Source: Felis catus (lineage: Eukaryota). Taken from it: 64,000 nt of DNA. Below, in pieces: positions 13,559-27,163 of the stretch. Below the pieces are notes generated by a model that did not search any database, had not been told where the DNA came from, and worked only from the letters and a program-made list of their open reading frames with translations. The position numbers were made by a program, and so were the translations under genes. The stretch spans positions 16,308,001-16,372,000 of the forward strand of contig NC_058383.1 of assembly GCF_018350175.1 (NCBI RefSeq). Reading direction: 5' to 3'. Position 1 is the first letter of the stretch, and each line of letters begins with the position of its first letter.

Positions 13559-14500
13559 CCATTGTTCATAGTGAATAATTCTTTTAATGTATTGTTGGAT
13601 TTGATTTGCTAGTATCTTGTTGAGAATTTTTGCATCCATGTACATCAGGGAAGCTGGTCTGTAATTCTTTTTAGTGGGGTCTTTGGTTTTGGAATCAAGG
13701 TAATTCTGGCCTCATAGAATAGTTTGGAAGTTTTCCCTTCATTTCTATTTTTTTGGAACAGCTTCAAAAGAATAGGTATTAATTCTTTTTTAAATTCCAA
13801 GAATTCTCTTGGAAATCCATCCAGCCCTGGACTCTTGTTTGTTGGGAGATTTTTGATTACTGATTCACTTTACTGGTTATTGGTCTCTTCAAATTTTCTA
13901 TTTTTTCCTGTTTCAGTTTTGGTAGTTCAATTTCTAACAATTTATCCATTTCTTATAGATTGCCCAAATTATTGGCATACAATTGCTTATAATATTCTAT
14001 TATTATTATTATTTGGTTAACTATGGTGTTGGTTGTGATCTCTCCTCTTTCATTCACGATTTTATTTATTTGGGTCCTTTCCTTTTTCTTTTTGATAAAT
14101 CTGGCTAGGGTTTATCAATTTTATTAATTCTTTCAAAGACCCAGGTCCTAGTTTTGTTGATCTGTTCTACTGGTTTTTTGTTTGTTTGTTGTTTTTCTTT
14201 TTATTTTAATAGCATTGATTTCTGCCCTAATCTGTATTATTTCCCTTCCTACTGGTTTTGGGTTTCTTTGCTGTTCTTTTTCTAGTTCCCTTAGGTATAA
14301 GGTTAGGTTGTGTATTTGAGACTTTTCTTCCACTTCCCTCTTATGACCACCATTGGCTGCATCCCAAAGGTTTTGGACTGTCGTGTTTTCATTTTCATTA
14401 GCTTCCATGCACTTTTTAATTTCCTCCTTAAATTCTCGGTTAACCCATTCATTCTTTAGTAGGATGTTCTTCAATCTCCAAGTATTTGAGAGCTTTCCAA

Positions 14501-14715
14501 TTTTTAAAATGTTTATTAATTTTTCAGAAAGAGAGAGAGAGAGAGGACGAATGACTGGAGGAGGGACAGAGAGAAAGAGGAGCAGTGGATCCAAGGCAGG
14601 CTGTGCTCTGCGCTGACAGAAGCGAGCCTGATGCAGGGCTTGAACTCATGAACTGTGAGATCATGACCTAAGTCAAAGTTGGACAGTCAACTGACTGAGC
14701 CACCCAAGTGCCCCA
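14501..14715 (-). mobile_element. Felid SINE
   Basis: SINE reverse complement with gctttcca repeated on both sides. Confidence 0.88.
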
Positions 14716-17700
14716 GGCTTTCCATATTTTTTTCTTGTGGTTAAGTTTCATAGTGTTGTGATATGAAAATACACATGGTATGTTCTCAATCTTTTTGTAC
14801 TTGTTGAGGGCTTATTTGTGACCCAGTATGTGATCTATTCTGGAGAATGTTCCATGTGCACTTGAGAAGAATGTGTATTCTGGTGCTTTAGGATGAAATG
14901 TTCTGAATATATCTGTTAAGTCCATCCAGTCCACTGTGTTCTTCAAAGTGATTGTTTCCTTGTTGATTTTCTGCTTAGATGATCTCTCCATTGTTGTAAG
15001 TGGGATGTTAAAGTCCAGTACCATTATTATATTATTATCAATGAATTTCTTTATGTTTGTGATTAATTGATTTATATATTTGTGTGTTTCAAGTTGGGGG
15101 GCATAAATATTTACAATTATTAGATCTTGATGAACAGACCCCTTAATTACAATATAATGCCCTTCTTTATCTCTTGTTGCAGTCTTTATTTTAAAACCTA
15201 ATTTGTCTGATCTAATTGTGGCTACTCTGGCTTTATTTTGGCATTCATTGGCGTGATAGATGTTTTTCCATCCCCTCACTTTGAATCTAGAGGTGTTATG
15301 CCTGAAATGAGTCTCTTGTAGGCAGCATATAGATAAGTCTTGTTTTTTAAACCATTCTGATACCCTATATCTTTTGACTGGAACATTAATCCATATACAT
15401 TCAGGGTGATTATTGAAAGATAAGTTTCATGCCATCATGTTACCTGTAATCTTGGTGATTTCTGGTGTTTCTGGTGATGTTCTCTGTTCCTTTAGTCTTT
15501 GTTGCTTTTGGTCTCCCCTCCCCCCACATTCAGAGTCCTCCTTAATGTTTCTTGCAGGTCTGCTTTAGTTGTCACAAAGTCCTCTAGTTTTTGCTTGTCT
15601 GGGAAACTCTTTATCCCTCTTATATTCTGAATGATAACCTTGATGTATAGAGTATTTTTGACTGCATATTATCCCCATTCAGTACATTGAATATATCCTG
15701 CCATTCCTTTCTGGCCTGCCACGTTTCTGGGGACAGACCTGTTTGTACCTGATCTGTCTCCCTTTATGTTAACAACTTTTTTCCCTTGCTACTTTCAGGG
15801 TTCTTTCCTTGTCTATGTATTTTGTGAATATTACTATGATATGCCCTGGCAATGGCCAGATTTTGTTTAATTTAATGGGAGTTCTCTGTGCTTTTTGATT
15901 CTGATGTCTGCATCCTTCCCTAGACTAGGGAAGTTTTCAGCTATAATTTGCTCAAATAAACCCTCTGTCCCCTTTTCTCTCTTTTCATCTTTGGGGACTC
16001 CTATGATATGAATGTTATTCTGTTTTAATAAGTCACTGAGTTCCCTAAGTCTACCCTCGTGATCCATTACTTTTGTTTCCCTCTTCTTTTTAGCTTCATG
16101 ATTTTCCATAATTTTATCTTCTATATTACTAATTCATTCCTCTGCTTCATCCTTCCTCACTGTTATGGCACCCATTCAGGTTTTCATGTCAGTTATAGCA
16201 TTTTTAATTCTGGCCAGAGTAGATTTAAGCTCTTTTATCTCTGCAGTAAGTAATTCTCTAGAGTCTTCTATGCTTTTTCAAGCCCAGCTAGAATCCTTAT
16301 AATTGTTTTGAATTGTAGTTCAGATATTTTACTTATATCTGTATTGATTAAATCTCTGGCTGTCACTTCTTCCTGTTCTTTTTTTGGTGTGAATTCCTCC
16401 ATCTTGTCATTTTGGATGAAATAATAAAATAAAATTAAAATTAAAAAATTAAAAATAATAATAAAGGAAGCTACATCCTGGGTGTGTTTTCACCTGCTTA
16501 AGAGAAGCCTGATATAACATAGAAGGAAAAAAATTACAAAATTAAAAAAATGAAATAAAATAAAATAAATTTAAGAATTTGCTCTTTCTGTATCCAAGAA
16601 AAAATAAAAACAAAACCAAAACAGAAACAAAAACACCAACCAAACAACCAATCAAACAAACAAAAACCCAAAGCAAGCTAGAGCTGAAGCTTTGCAGTAG
16701 TCTATTATCAGTAGACTTTGTGTGTGGAAGGAGGTAGTGCTCATCTTTTGGGGGAGGGGCCTGCTACTCTGGTTTTCTTGAGGATTCTTCCTAGTGGAGA
16801 TGTGGTTGGAGGGTGCAGGGGTCGGGTCTTGATGTAATGGCTCCATTCTCCACTTGGTGGCGCTCTTTAGCTCACTGAGGTCTATCAGTGTTGGTGGGAT
16901 AGGGAAAAAATAGCTTCACCCCACTTTCTAGTCTCTAGAGGGGGAAGTCCCCACAGTCATAGATATTCACTCAATCACCCTTCCTGTGTCCCTGGTTTCC
17001 ATCAGATTCCCGCCTTCACCCTGTGTCCTAGCTGTCCCCCTGCCAGGTAGCACCACTTTCCTGGGTTTTATCTCAGGCACAGCTGTGTTTAAAGCCCAGC
17101 ACTTCAGAGACATCCCCTGGTTCGGACCTGTGTCAGGATCTTGCTGTACTGTGGTCAATGCTGGCTTGTCCCAGGGACAGTTGCACTACTGCTTAGTGGC
17201 AGTGGCTCAGAGTTTATGGTAAATTGCAACACAGCTCACCAGGGTTTGCTGCCTCAGCCAGCATCTTTGTTCCTATACTGGTGAATGGGGTAGTTCCATG
17301 ACACCTCCCAGGTCTTTTGCCAGTGGAGAGGTTGTATGTCCTCTACCAAATTCACTCCAAGCAGGGGAACTGCTCCTCCCTGTGTGACCCAGGGGATGCT
17401 CAGGCCACACTGGCTACTCCTGGGGCTCCACCCTTTTGCAAGGGCACTGCCAGGTGCTGACCTCTGAAACTTCAGACTCTGTCCTTCACTGTTTATAAGA
17501 AAATGGTGGTATTGAAACCCTCTCCTTTTTCCGTGTCAATGATTTTGGGGAACAATTTTCTTGTGCAGTCCTCTATGTGTGTTTTCACTCTTTTTGGTTT
17601 TCTTCACTCTCAGCTCACCTCTCTGCAGTCAGGGATCCCTCCCCAGCATGGCATCTGCAGCTTTTTTTTTCTCCCACAAATCAACTCTCTGCCTTCCACA

Positions 17701-18682
17701 GGTCTTTTTTTGTATTTGTGGATGTGCAGCTTTGTTCTCTAAGACTTCTGATCAATTTCGTGGGTGTTCAGAATGATTTAATATTTACTTAATTTTTGTA
17801 GGAGGAGGCAAGCTTAGGGTTATCCTCCTCCACTTTTAACCCCACTGTGTTCAAGCTTTTCAAACTTTATTCAGGATCTGTTTTAAGGTCTTTTTCACCC
17901 CAAGAATACCTGTTTGACCTTCAGTCTGACTTATTTTCAGTTCCTGTCTGACTCTTACTTGGAACAAGACTATTCCTATTGAAGCTGCAATAACCTTCAG
18001 TCTGACTCCTGTTTGGTACTGGACTATTCCTATTGGAACTGTGTTGGCCTTTTATCTGATTCCTTCTGGAACCGGTATATTCCATTTACAGGCTGTGCTG
18101 CTTAAGAATTTTTCTTTTTGCTCGAGAGAAAAACCTCTAAGAAATGGGATCCCAGTCATTAAAATGCTTTGGAAGCAACCCCCCCTACTCCTTGGGACTC
18201 CACTGATTTTATGTTTAAAATCTATTGTCCCATCCACATGCTCATTTATAACTAAGTGGAATGACTTAGCCAAAAGTAATTTAGAACTTCAATAGCAATT
18301 ATGGGGGACTTTAAATCTTTGCAAACTTGTTTTTACTAAAAATTAAATTAGAAAGCTATGGTATCTAGAAAAAAAAGCAGAATTGGATGCCTTTTATAAA
18401 TGGTACCTTGAGGCTTCCAAATGTTTTCAGGATTCTAAGTTTTTCCTGTTTGCAAAATACTATTTCTAAATTAACTAAAGCAAAGAAACAATTGAAAGAA
18501 GTCAGAAAGTCTTCTGGTGCCTCTTTCTGCCCTCTCCCTGTCCTGTAGACATGTGGCAGCCACTTTGTGCTCAGGCCCCACCCTTACTGACGTTTTTCTC
18601 TATTCTCTCATCTGAACGTCCTTTTTTTCTTCAAATCTCTACCACTTGTTTCTCTCTTGAATCTATTCAAACCTGCCTCTTT

Positions 18683-18894
18683 TTTTTTTTCAACGTTTAT
18701 TTATTTTTGGGACAAAGAGAGACAGAGCATGAACGGGGGAGGGGCAGAGAGAAAGGGAGACACAGAATCGGAAACAGGCTCCAGGCTCTGAGCCATCAGC
18801 CCAGAGCCCGACGCGGGGCTCGAACTCACGGACTGCGAGATCGTGACCTGGCTGAAGTCGGACGCTTAACCGACTGCGCCACCCAGGCGCCCCT
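18683..18894 (-). mobile_element. Young felid SINE in ERV gag
   Basis: SINEC_Fc reverse complement with TSD aaacctgcctcttt on both sides. Confidence 0.93.
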
Positions 18895-20923
18895 AAACCT
18901 GCCTCTTTAAGTCTTCTGAGGCTCTAAGTAAACCACATATTTCTTATGTTCCCTGGACTAAGGCTGAATTGTGAGCCATATTTAAAGAGTTTCCTAAAGT
19001 GACCAAGGATCCCTATTAAATTGCTGAAGAATTTAACATAGTCATTGAATGTTACAAATCTGATGTTTTAGGTTTATACCAATTAGTTCACGTGCTTGTT
19101 GGTGAGGATCAGGCCAAACCTTGGATGAAACTAGCCTTAAAGGAATATCCTGAATGAGATTTAGAGAAACAAATCTCTAACTTTTGGCATGATGCTAGAA
19201 CACTCACTGGAAGTCTCCACTGAGTATTTACAGTAGATTTTCCTAAGTCTTCTGAACAAAATTCAGGCATGCACATGAAGCTTGATGAACCTGTTCATGA
19301 CTATTATAATCAACTCCAAATTATCTTTTAATAAAGTTCTGGTCTTCCTTTAGATGTTGAATCCATCTGGGCAGCATTTAACTCTGTGATTATTAACAAG
19401 CTGAACTGGAATCTTTCTCCTAAAGGACCAGGATGTAATGGAAAACCATGTTCACTCCAGATTGTAATAGAAGATTACAAGGTTCAGGGCCTCATCCCCT
19501 GCACAAGTCCCTGTAACACCTGTAGGGGTAGCTCTGGCTAATATAAAGGTTATTTTGAAAACCAATGGCTGAGGATGGAGGTTTGTCCAGGACCTTGGAG
19601 CAATAAATTACATTGTTATTCCTTGGCACTCTGTTGTTCCTAACTCCCATATGCAACTGATCCTCATTCCCACTGAAAGGTTTTTTTTTTTTTTTTTCTG
19701 TAATTGATCTATGTAGTGCATTTTTAGTATTCTAATTGATAAGAAGAGCCAATATCTTATTGCTTTCACTTGGGAAGCATGCAAAACTACCTGGACTGTA
19801 ATGCCCAATGGTTTCACAGAGAGTCCTCCTTACTTTTCGCAAAGCTTTTAAAGCAGATTTAGGATAGTTTTTGCAGGCTCTACTTTGCTACAATCTGTAG
19901 ATGATTTGCTTCTCAAACCTCTTCACAGAAAGACAGCATCAATCTGTTAAAACTTTTGGCTTTAAAGGTACATAAAACCTCCAAAGAAAAATTGCAGTTT
20001 GCTCAAACTCGGGTTTGATACTTAGGGCATCTGATCTCAGAACAAGGACTGCATTTGGATCTAGATTAAATCCCCCATGATTGCTTAATGCTCACAGATT
20101 ACCTTTTGACTCCCTGTGATAATTTACAGGAAACTCCTCTAAACAATGCATTCTTCATAGTTTACTAATAGTTTCTATTTAAAGGATGAAATGGTATATA
20201 TCATGATGGGTGTGCTATTGCCATTCCTTTTGAAACCATTGAGGCAGCACCTTTACCTTTGGCTATTTCAACCAAATAGGCTGATTTATATGCCCTTACT
20301 TTAGCTTGTACCTTAGCTAAGGGTAAAAGCACAAACATTTCTACTGATAGTTGGAATGTTTTTGGGGCAGTTCATGACTTTGGAATATTATGGAAACAAT
20401 GAGGTGTCCTTACTTCCAATGGGAATAAAACTATAAAAATGGCTATGTCCAAAATTTACTAGATGGCATACTTTTGTTGGCTGCTCTTGCTGTTATTACG
20501 GTTACTGGGCATTTCAGACTACCCAGAAGCCAAAGTAATCTATCTCACTGATATTTCCACCACCCGCCCATGCTGTTCTCTAGGAAACCAATAGACAAAC
20601 CCTGAAATGATAATTTTGGGAAAATTGGCAAAAGATATCCTACAATTGGCTCCATAGAGGGGAAAACAACATTGGATATCTCATAACTCTTGGCTTGAGA
20701 ACTATGATTTGGACCAAATAACAATCTGGCCCTACAGAAATTATAAAAATCCCACTATTTACTATTGTACACGCATTAAACCGTTGGTCTCTTCATGAAC
20801 CAATATTGCTGGGGAAACACTAAGGCCACAAAAAGTGCCTTACCTCCCTTGTCCCACCTGTCCAAAGTATAATCTGGTGAAACTTGCTTCACACAAATGG
20901 ATTTCATATGACTTCATCCTCTT

Positions 20924-21320
20924 TGTTGGTTTGTAACCCTCCCAGGGACTTCCCTGGTGTAACCTGACTGCAGTCTCCATATGCAGATGGCAGGGAGAGG
21001 CAAAAGAAGGAGGCACGCCATACCAGGTTGGTAGATAGCAGTTTTTTAAGCAAAAAGAACTTACATACAAGGTTTCTCTTGGTGGCAGGAAGGTAATTGG
21101 ATCCCCACACTTGACATTTAAATCTTAAATGTTTGTAAAACAACCTTAAATGAGCTGTCACGTATACTGTGCAGATGTTCTCAACACCACAACATTATCT
21201 CAAGGAAAAGCAAGTTGAATCCATATTCCAGGGACAGGTTAGCTGCTAAGGAGTCTGAGTGTCTGGATCCAGCTTACAAGTCAATCAATGGTCACATCTT
21301 TTTAATGAAATTCCTCAATA
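20924..21320 (-). mobile_element. Solo LTR inserted into the old ERV integrase
   Basis: Starts TGTTGG and ends ...ctcaaTA (decayed CA), flanked by ctctt and ctctc. Integrase sequence stops before it (QMDFI..) and resumes after it (..VLVM..). Confidence 0.7.
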
Positions 21321-21854
21321 CTCTCATGAATAACTGTTTTAGTCATGGCTTGAATATTTTCTCAAAGGTTTCTCTTGTAGACAGGCTAATGATTCTTCCA
21401 TTAAAAAAGATTACCCCTACCTCAGGAACCCCTCTCAAACTTTTTAGTGGTTGGAGAACCTGTTTCACTGGTCAGCAGCTTCAAGGAATCTGTGCTGTCT
21501 GGCCATTTTACAACACTTTCATTGTGCATCCTCAATCCTCAGGGTTAGTCACACACACTAACAGCACTATTTAGACTCAACTGGAAAAATTTGTAGAGAC
21601 CTTTCAAATACCTAGGCCTACAGCATTGCTGTTGGTCCTCTATATCTCAGATCCACCTGTTTTGGAACTCAGAGACTCTCACTCTTTGAGATAGTCACAG
21701 GACATCCAAGGTCGTGCCTCCTTTGACCTAAAGTTGATAAAAGGAGAAGTATTTCAATACATAAAGGCCTAATTGTTTCTATTAAAAATGATCTTTTGTC
21801 ACTGTGGCTGTGGTGTTGCAGATATCTAGGAAGGCCTTGAAGATTTAATACTAT

Positions 21855-22330
21855 GTTTTCTCTTTATTTACTATTTTTTAAAAAGCTTTATAGTTACAGC
21901 TCTTACATTTAGTTCTGATCCATTTTGAATTAATTTTTGTGTATGGTGTAAGGAAGGGGCACAACTTTATTCTTTAGCATGTGGATTCCAGTTGTTATGG
22001 CATCATTTATTGAAAAGTCTATTCCTTCCTCATTGAATTGTCTTGACAACCTTGTTAAAAATTGGTTGATCATTATAAACGTAAGGGTTTACTTATGGAC
22101 TCTCAATTGTGTTCTATTGATCTATATGCCAGTACCATTGTGTCTAGATTATGATAGCTTTGTAGTAATTTTTGAAGTCAAGAAGTGTGAATCTTCTATG
22201 TTTGTTCGTTTTCAAGAATATTTTTTCTATTCTTACTCTTTACATTTTGTTATGAATTTTAGGATTAGTTTGTCAATTTCTGCAAAACAAACAAGCAAAC
22301 AAACAAACAACAAGCTGAAATTTTATTAGA
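21855..22330 (-). mobile_element. Old L1 ORF2 fragment
   Basis: Typical antisense L1 ORF2 sequence (..ttgaattaatttttgtgtatggtgtaagg..ttttaggattagtttgtcaatttctgcaaaa). Confidence 0.82.
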
Positions 22331-22766
22331 TCTATGTTAGATCTATCTTCTGCCTTTCTTAGCCACTGTTCATTTCCTTTTCTATGTATGGTATCTTTCT
22401 ATGAAAACTTTAATTCTCCTTTGTATTAAAATATTTTGCCTTCATGTTTCTCCTAGCTGAAATATTAGACTTAATAACAAATGTGTTCATCTAATTATCT
22501 GATCCTGAATATAAGAGTGACACAAATGGACCCAATAAAATATCTTTCTTTCTAAGGATACTGGCGGGTTCAGATCTATCAGGAAACATTTTGGTACATG
22601 TTGGTTGATACTGTATGTTACAAGAAATCATAAGAAAAAGAAGCTGATCTAAGGGCAAACATTTCCAGACAAAGGGCCTGTTTACAGGTTTGTTCCTTGT
22701 GTTCCTCTTGATAATACTCCTGCCCTATTTGTCATGGGTTGTGAGTTGTTATTGTGATGAGGGAGT

Positions 22767-23200
22767 TGTAGTGTGTGGAATAGTGTCTGAACAATATTCA
22801 TGTCTACCCAGAACCTGAGAATATGACCTTATTTTGAAATAGGGTCTTTTCAGATGTAATTAGTTAAGGATCTTGAGATAGTATCATACTGGATTTAGGG
22901 TGCACCCTAAAGCCAACGTCCTTTTAAGAAAGAAGACACAGAGATACACAGAGAAAAGGGCCATGCAAAGATAGAGGAAGAGATTGAAATGATGCAGCTA
23001 TAAGGCAAAGATTGCTGGAGGCCACCAAAAGCTAACAAGAGGAAAGGAAATATTTTTCCCAAAAGTCTTCAGAGGGAGCATGGCTCTGCTGAAACCTCGA
23101 TTTGGTATGTTAGCCTCCAAAACTCTGAGAGAATACCTTTCTGTTGCTTTAAGCCACTTAGTTTCTGTTAGTTTGCTACACCAGTCCTAGGACACTAATA
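22767..23200 (+). mobile_element. MaLR solo LTR (MLT1B/C-like)
   Basis: MLT1 motifs ..ccagaacctgagaatatgaccttatttt..agggtcttttcagatgtaattagttaagg.. and ..ttctgttgctttaagccac..ctaggacactaata. Confidence 0.75.
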
Positions 23201-23344
23201 AAGGGGTAAATGTGAAATTACAAATTATTATGAAGGTAGGAGATTTTGATGTACATAGCACTTTCAAATATACCATTAAGGTTAGTTTAAGGGCCAACAA
23301 ACTGTGGTCCATAAGCTATATCTGGCTTACTGCATGCTTTAAAA

Positions 23345-23656
23345 ATTTTTTAATTCCAGAATAATTAACATAAATTTTATATTAGCTTCAGGTGTACAAT
23401 ATAATGATTCAACAATTCTATACATATACTCAGTGCTCATCATAAGTGTACTCTTAATCTCTTTCACCTATTTCATCCATCCCTTCCCCATCTCCCCCTG
23501 GGAACCACCAGTTTTTTCCTCTATGTTTAAGACATCAACTGTGTATTTTTTTAAAGATTTTATTTTTAAGTGATCCCTACACCTAATGTGGGGTTTGAAC
23601 TTATGACTCCAAGATCAAGAGTCTCATGCTCTTCTGACTGAGACAGTCAGGCACCT
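23345..23656 (-). mobile_element. L1 3' fragment plus old SINE fragment
   Basis: Carnivore L1 3' UTR reverse complement at 23345-23530, then ..aagattttatttttaag..gagtctcatgctc..caggcacc. Confidence 0.7.
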
Positions 23657-23799
23657 TTATCCCTTTTTAGAAAGGGTTGCTGACATTTGGCTTAGGTCTT
23701 CAAATTACCTACTCACTTCATGACCACAGGCATCATGATGAACAAAACTTTAAAAAGATGCTGTTGTATTTGGTAGAATGAAATTGTCTCTGAATGTAT

Positions 23800-24200
23800 G
23801 ATTCTCAAAATAACAGTGACTTAAAGGAGACAGAAGTTTATTTCTCTCTGTAAATTCACACAATGCAAAGCTGGTATGGCAACCTTATGATAATCAGGAA
23901 CTCTGGCTCTTTCTATATTGTTGATCTTCCAAGATGCAGCTAGTACATCTATATTCTAGTCAGTAGTAAGGAAGAAAGGGAAAAAGACCATACTTTCTTA
24001 TAAGGACTCTTCCAGGATATTAGTCACACTTCTACTTGTGTCTCATTTGCCAAAACTTAGTCACATGGCCATATGTAGCCACAAAGGTGGCTGAGAAATT
24101 TATTCTAAGAGGCTAAGTGCACAGTTAAAGGTCAGGGTTTCTATTATTTTGGAGGGAAAGGAAAACAGATCTCAAGGAATGGATTAGTAATGTCTGCCAC
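23800..24200 (-). mobile_element. Ancient MaLR LTR (MLT1J-like)
   Basis: caaaataacagtgactta..aagtttatttctct and aacttagtcacatggcc..gtctgccac motifs. Confidence 0.55.
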
Positions 24201-25179
24201 GGCTATGAACCAGGCTGGCTTTTGTGCTCTTTGATGCTCAGGGATCGAAGGGAGGCCACTATATCTCAAATAAAATTGTAATAATATTAACACACAGCTG
24301 TTGAACAAATGATTGTGTACCATAGGAATGCATCTGTGGTTCTGTTTTAGGAATCCCACTGGGAACATGGTCAAGGATTTGAATTTACAGTGATTTTAGG
24401 GAGGCAGAAAATATAGGACTTCATGATTGCATGTGAGTTTGAGGGCAGGAGAGAGAAATCTAAGGTAACTCTCAAGGGTCTGCCTTCAGTGAGTTGGTGG
24501 ATTCCTGGGCATCCTGGTATTTGATAGATGAGAGAATGAGGAAGCTGTTCAGTTGGATTTACTTGTAGGATTATAAAAGTTCTTAAGGTTTATCATGTCT
24601 AGGTAATGCTCAATTTCTCTAGCTTTTAGTCCAACTGAATATTTTAAACCACATTTTACACATGGCTATGTGGGCCTCAGAGACAAATTGTTACTGCCTT
24701 GCATGTCTGTCCTTCTGTCTTATTTGAGCTCCTTGCATTCCACCCATCCATCTCTCAGCTCTTGGTAATTTCAACATGTGTGGCCCTGATAAAATACCAA
24801 AACATTTCTATTTCTGGACTTAATAGGTTTCATATAAACTATAAATTATAGCATTGTAATTATGTAAAATGTAACTGTGTGTATACAATTGTGTAAGATA
24901 CAATATCACATTATTGTGATGTAGAGGAAGAGAAGGGGTGGTAGGAGTGTCAGGGATCTTGTAGGCAATTTGGCGATAACGTTATATTCAAAATGTGACT
25001 ATCATGAAGTGCGTTATTATGGAGTTTTGGTATAACTTATAAATTCTCAGTTCAATAAAATTATCAAGTTCTTCCTACATTAGATTACTACTTCTTTCAT
25101 GTCCTAACTTTTTTCTATAAAGTTTTGGCTCATTTTAAGGTTCAATGAATGTTGCTTTTTAAAATCAAAATTTTAAGAA

Positions 25180-25385
25180 TTTAAAAAAATATTTATTTTG
25201 AGAGAGAGTGTGTGCCCACATGAGTGGAGGAGGGGCAGAGAGGGGGAGAGAGAGAGAATCCCAAGCAAGCTCTGCACTGTCAGCTCAGAGTCTGACTCGG
25301 GGTTTGATCTCTCTAACCATGAGATCATGACCTGAACTGAAATCGTGAGTCAGATGCTTAACTGACTGAGCCACCCAGACACCCA
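25180..25385 (-). mobile_element. Felid SINE
   Basis: ..gagagagaatcccaagcaagctctgcactgtcagc..gagatcatgacctgaactga..gagccacccag. Confidence 0.88.
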
Positions 25386-25970
25386 TCCCACTAATGGATT
25401 TTTAAATTTAATGTTTTCATTCATTTTGAATAGGATATTTAATGAATTTCATTCATTAGCCAGTGGGAGCCTTGTTAAGCTGATGCCTGTGTCTTTCTGA
25501 CTTGCCTTCATTAGTTTTTGTGAATTTCCTTACTTTCTGGCATAAAAGTGTCATTCGGGTCTACCTGTACTTTTCCTGCCTCAGTTATTGGATTGGCAAA
25601 TTCTCCTAGGAGAAGTTTCAGTGGGGAATGGTATTTAGAAAAAAAGATGCAGGTGCTAGGTGAGCACCTTGCTACTGGACTTTTTTTTGTTTCTAGTATA
25701 TTTCAGAAGCTGTAGCTATCTATACATTCAAATACACATACACAAGTCCATGTGCACACAGGCACACAACACAAACTTCTAAACACCAATGAGCTTCTTC
25801 TCCTCCCCCTATTCCTTGTTTGTATTTCCTTTCCCCACACAGTGAGAAGAACCCTGTCTCCGCTCCAGCAACATCAATGACTGACTTGCCAAATGCCACA
25901 ATACACACTAGATACTTTTGGAGTTGTAATAACAACAAACTTGCTAAGTATAACTCCAGATTGCTTTTGG

Positions 25971-26010
<40 letters not shown>

Positions 26011-27126
26011 TGTGTGTTGTCTTTAGTGCATACAATGAGAGCACTGTGTTAATTTATTGGGACGATTTTTGAGTAGTAATTATTTCTTAAACCTTCATGA
26101 TCATATATAGGGTTCTTCAAAAACATGCACTTTACATTTGTTACTTTATCAATACTGTTTTTTCTTTCAGCAAGCTGTATACTACTATTGCACTCATCAA
26201 CCCACTCTTTTCTCCAAAATCTACCCCTTACCTCAGCTCCATGTAATAACTCCAGGGTGCTTGAAATATGGCTTTCCAAATACCCTTTCTACACAAACTG
26301 GAGAGAACCTTTTCTTTTGTAATTCCAAATGGAGCGAGTGGGGCTCGCTCAGTCTGACAACCCTGGGATCATGACCTAAGCTGAAATCAAGGCTCAGATG
26401 CTCAACTGACTGAGCCACCCAGGCACCCCTGGAATCATTTTTAAATAAAGTTATTTAAATGATTTTTGTCAAAGGAGGTGAACATCCCAGTGATAAAAAA
26501 GGTCCTGTTTTAAACAATGAGGCACATCCATATACACTAAATTAGAAAAGCCTGTGAGAAATCATGGCCTTGTCTTAAAAGACATTATCTAGCTTTTATT
26601 GCTAAAAGCGACTGATAGGAGTAGCTGTAGAAACAGCAGGACTTCTCGCTCTTAATGGTCGTGTACATCTCCAGGGCCCAGATTTTGGTCATTACCACTT
26701 TGCACTAAAAGAAAAGAAACTGGAACTCTTTGGGCTGGAGGTGGGGGAATAAGTTAATCCCATTTCTTGGAGCAAGGAAAGAATTCAGGATGGGCTTGGA
26801 ACATCTTACTTCCAAAAATGAGAATACTTTTAAGGATAACAGATACAGTGGTAAGAGTTAAAGAAGTTAGCTTAATAAAGCTTCCACTGGTCAAGGTCAC
26901 AATTTGAACATTTAAAACAATGGCTAATTGGGATTGCATGAGTATAGAAGAGTCTAAGTGTTCATAATGATACTCAAGAGCAAAGTTCATATAATCAAGT
27001 ATGTTAAAACACAGCTGTAAAAAAATTGAATATGGTGTATGTATGATTCATTATTGACCTTAAAGAGTAATATAAAATTTTTCTTGCTAAGTATGTGTTT
27101 ATGTACAGATGTGTGTTTGTATATAC

Positions 27127-27163
<37 letters not shown>

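Larger units (their letters stand above)
10555..17830 (-). mobile_element. Near full-length older carnivore LINE-1 (3' UTR, ORF2, ORF1, 5' UTR), degenerate
   Basis: Minus-strand ORF2 pieces (12761 [18 protein letters not shown]; 14812 EN) and an ORF1 piece (15867 NNIHIIGVP..IIAENFPSL). GC-richer 5' UTR-like sequence runs to about 17830. Confidence 0.88.
17850..21800 (+). mobile_element. Old, heavily decayed class I ERV internal region (gag-pol), LTRs not seen
   Basis: Degenerate motifs in order: gag PWTKAEL..KEFPKVTKDP (about 18950); RT TWTVMPNGFTESP (about 19790) and STLLQSVDDLL (about 19880); RNase H NISTDS..FGAVHDFGILWKQ (about 20335); IN QMDFI (about 20895) and HPQSSGLV (about 21527). 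Confidence 0.82.

Noticed and set aside
6155..17830. Retrotransposition-competent L1
   Set aside because: Both long L1s have many stops, frameshifts and nested insertions.
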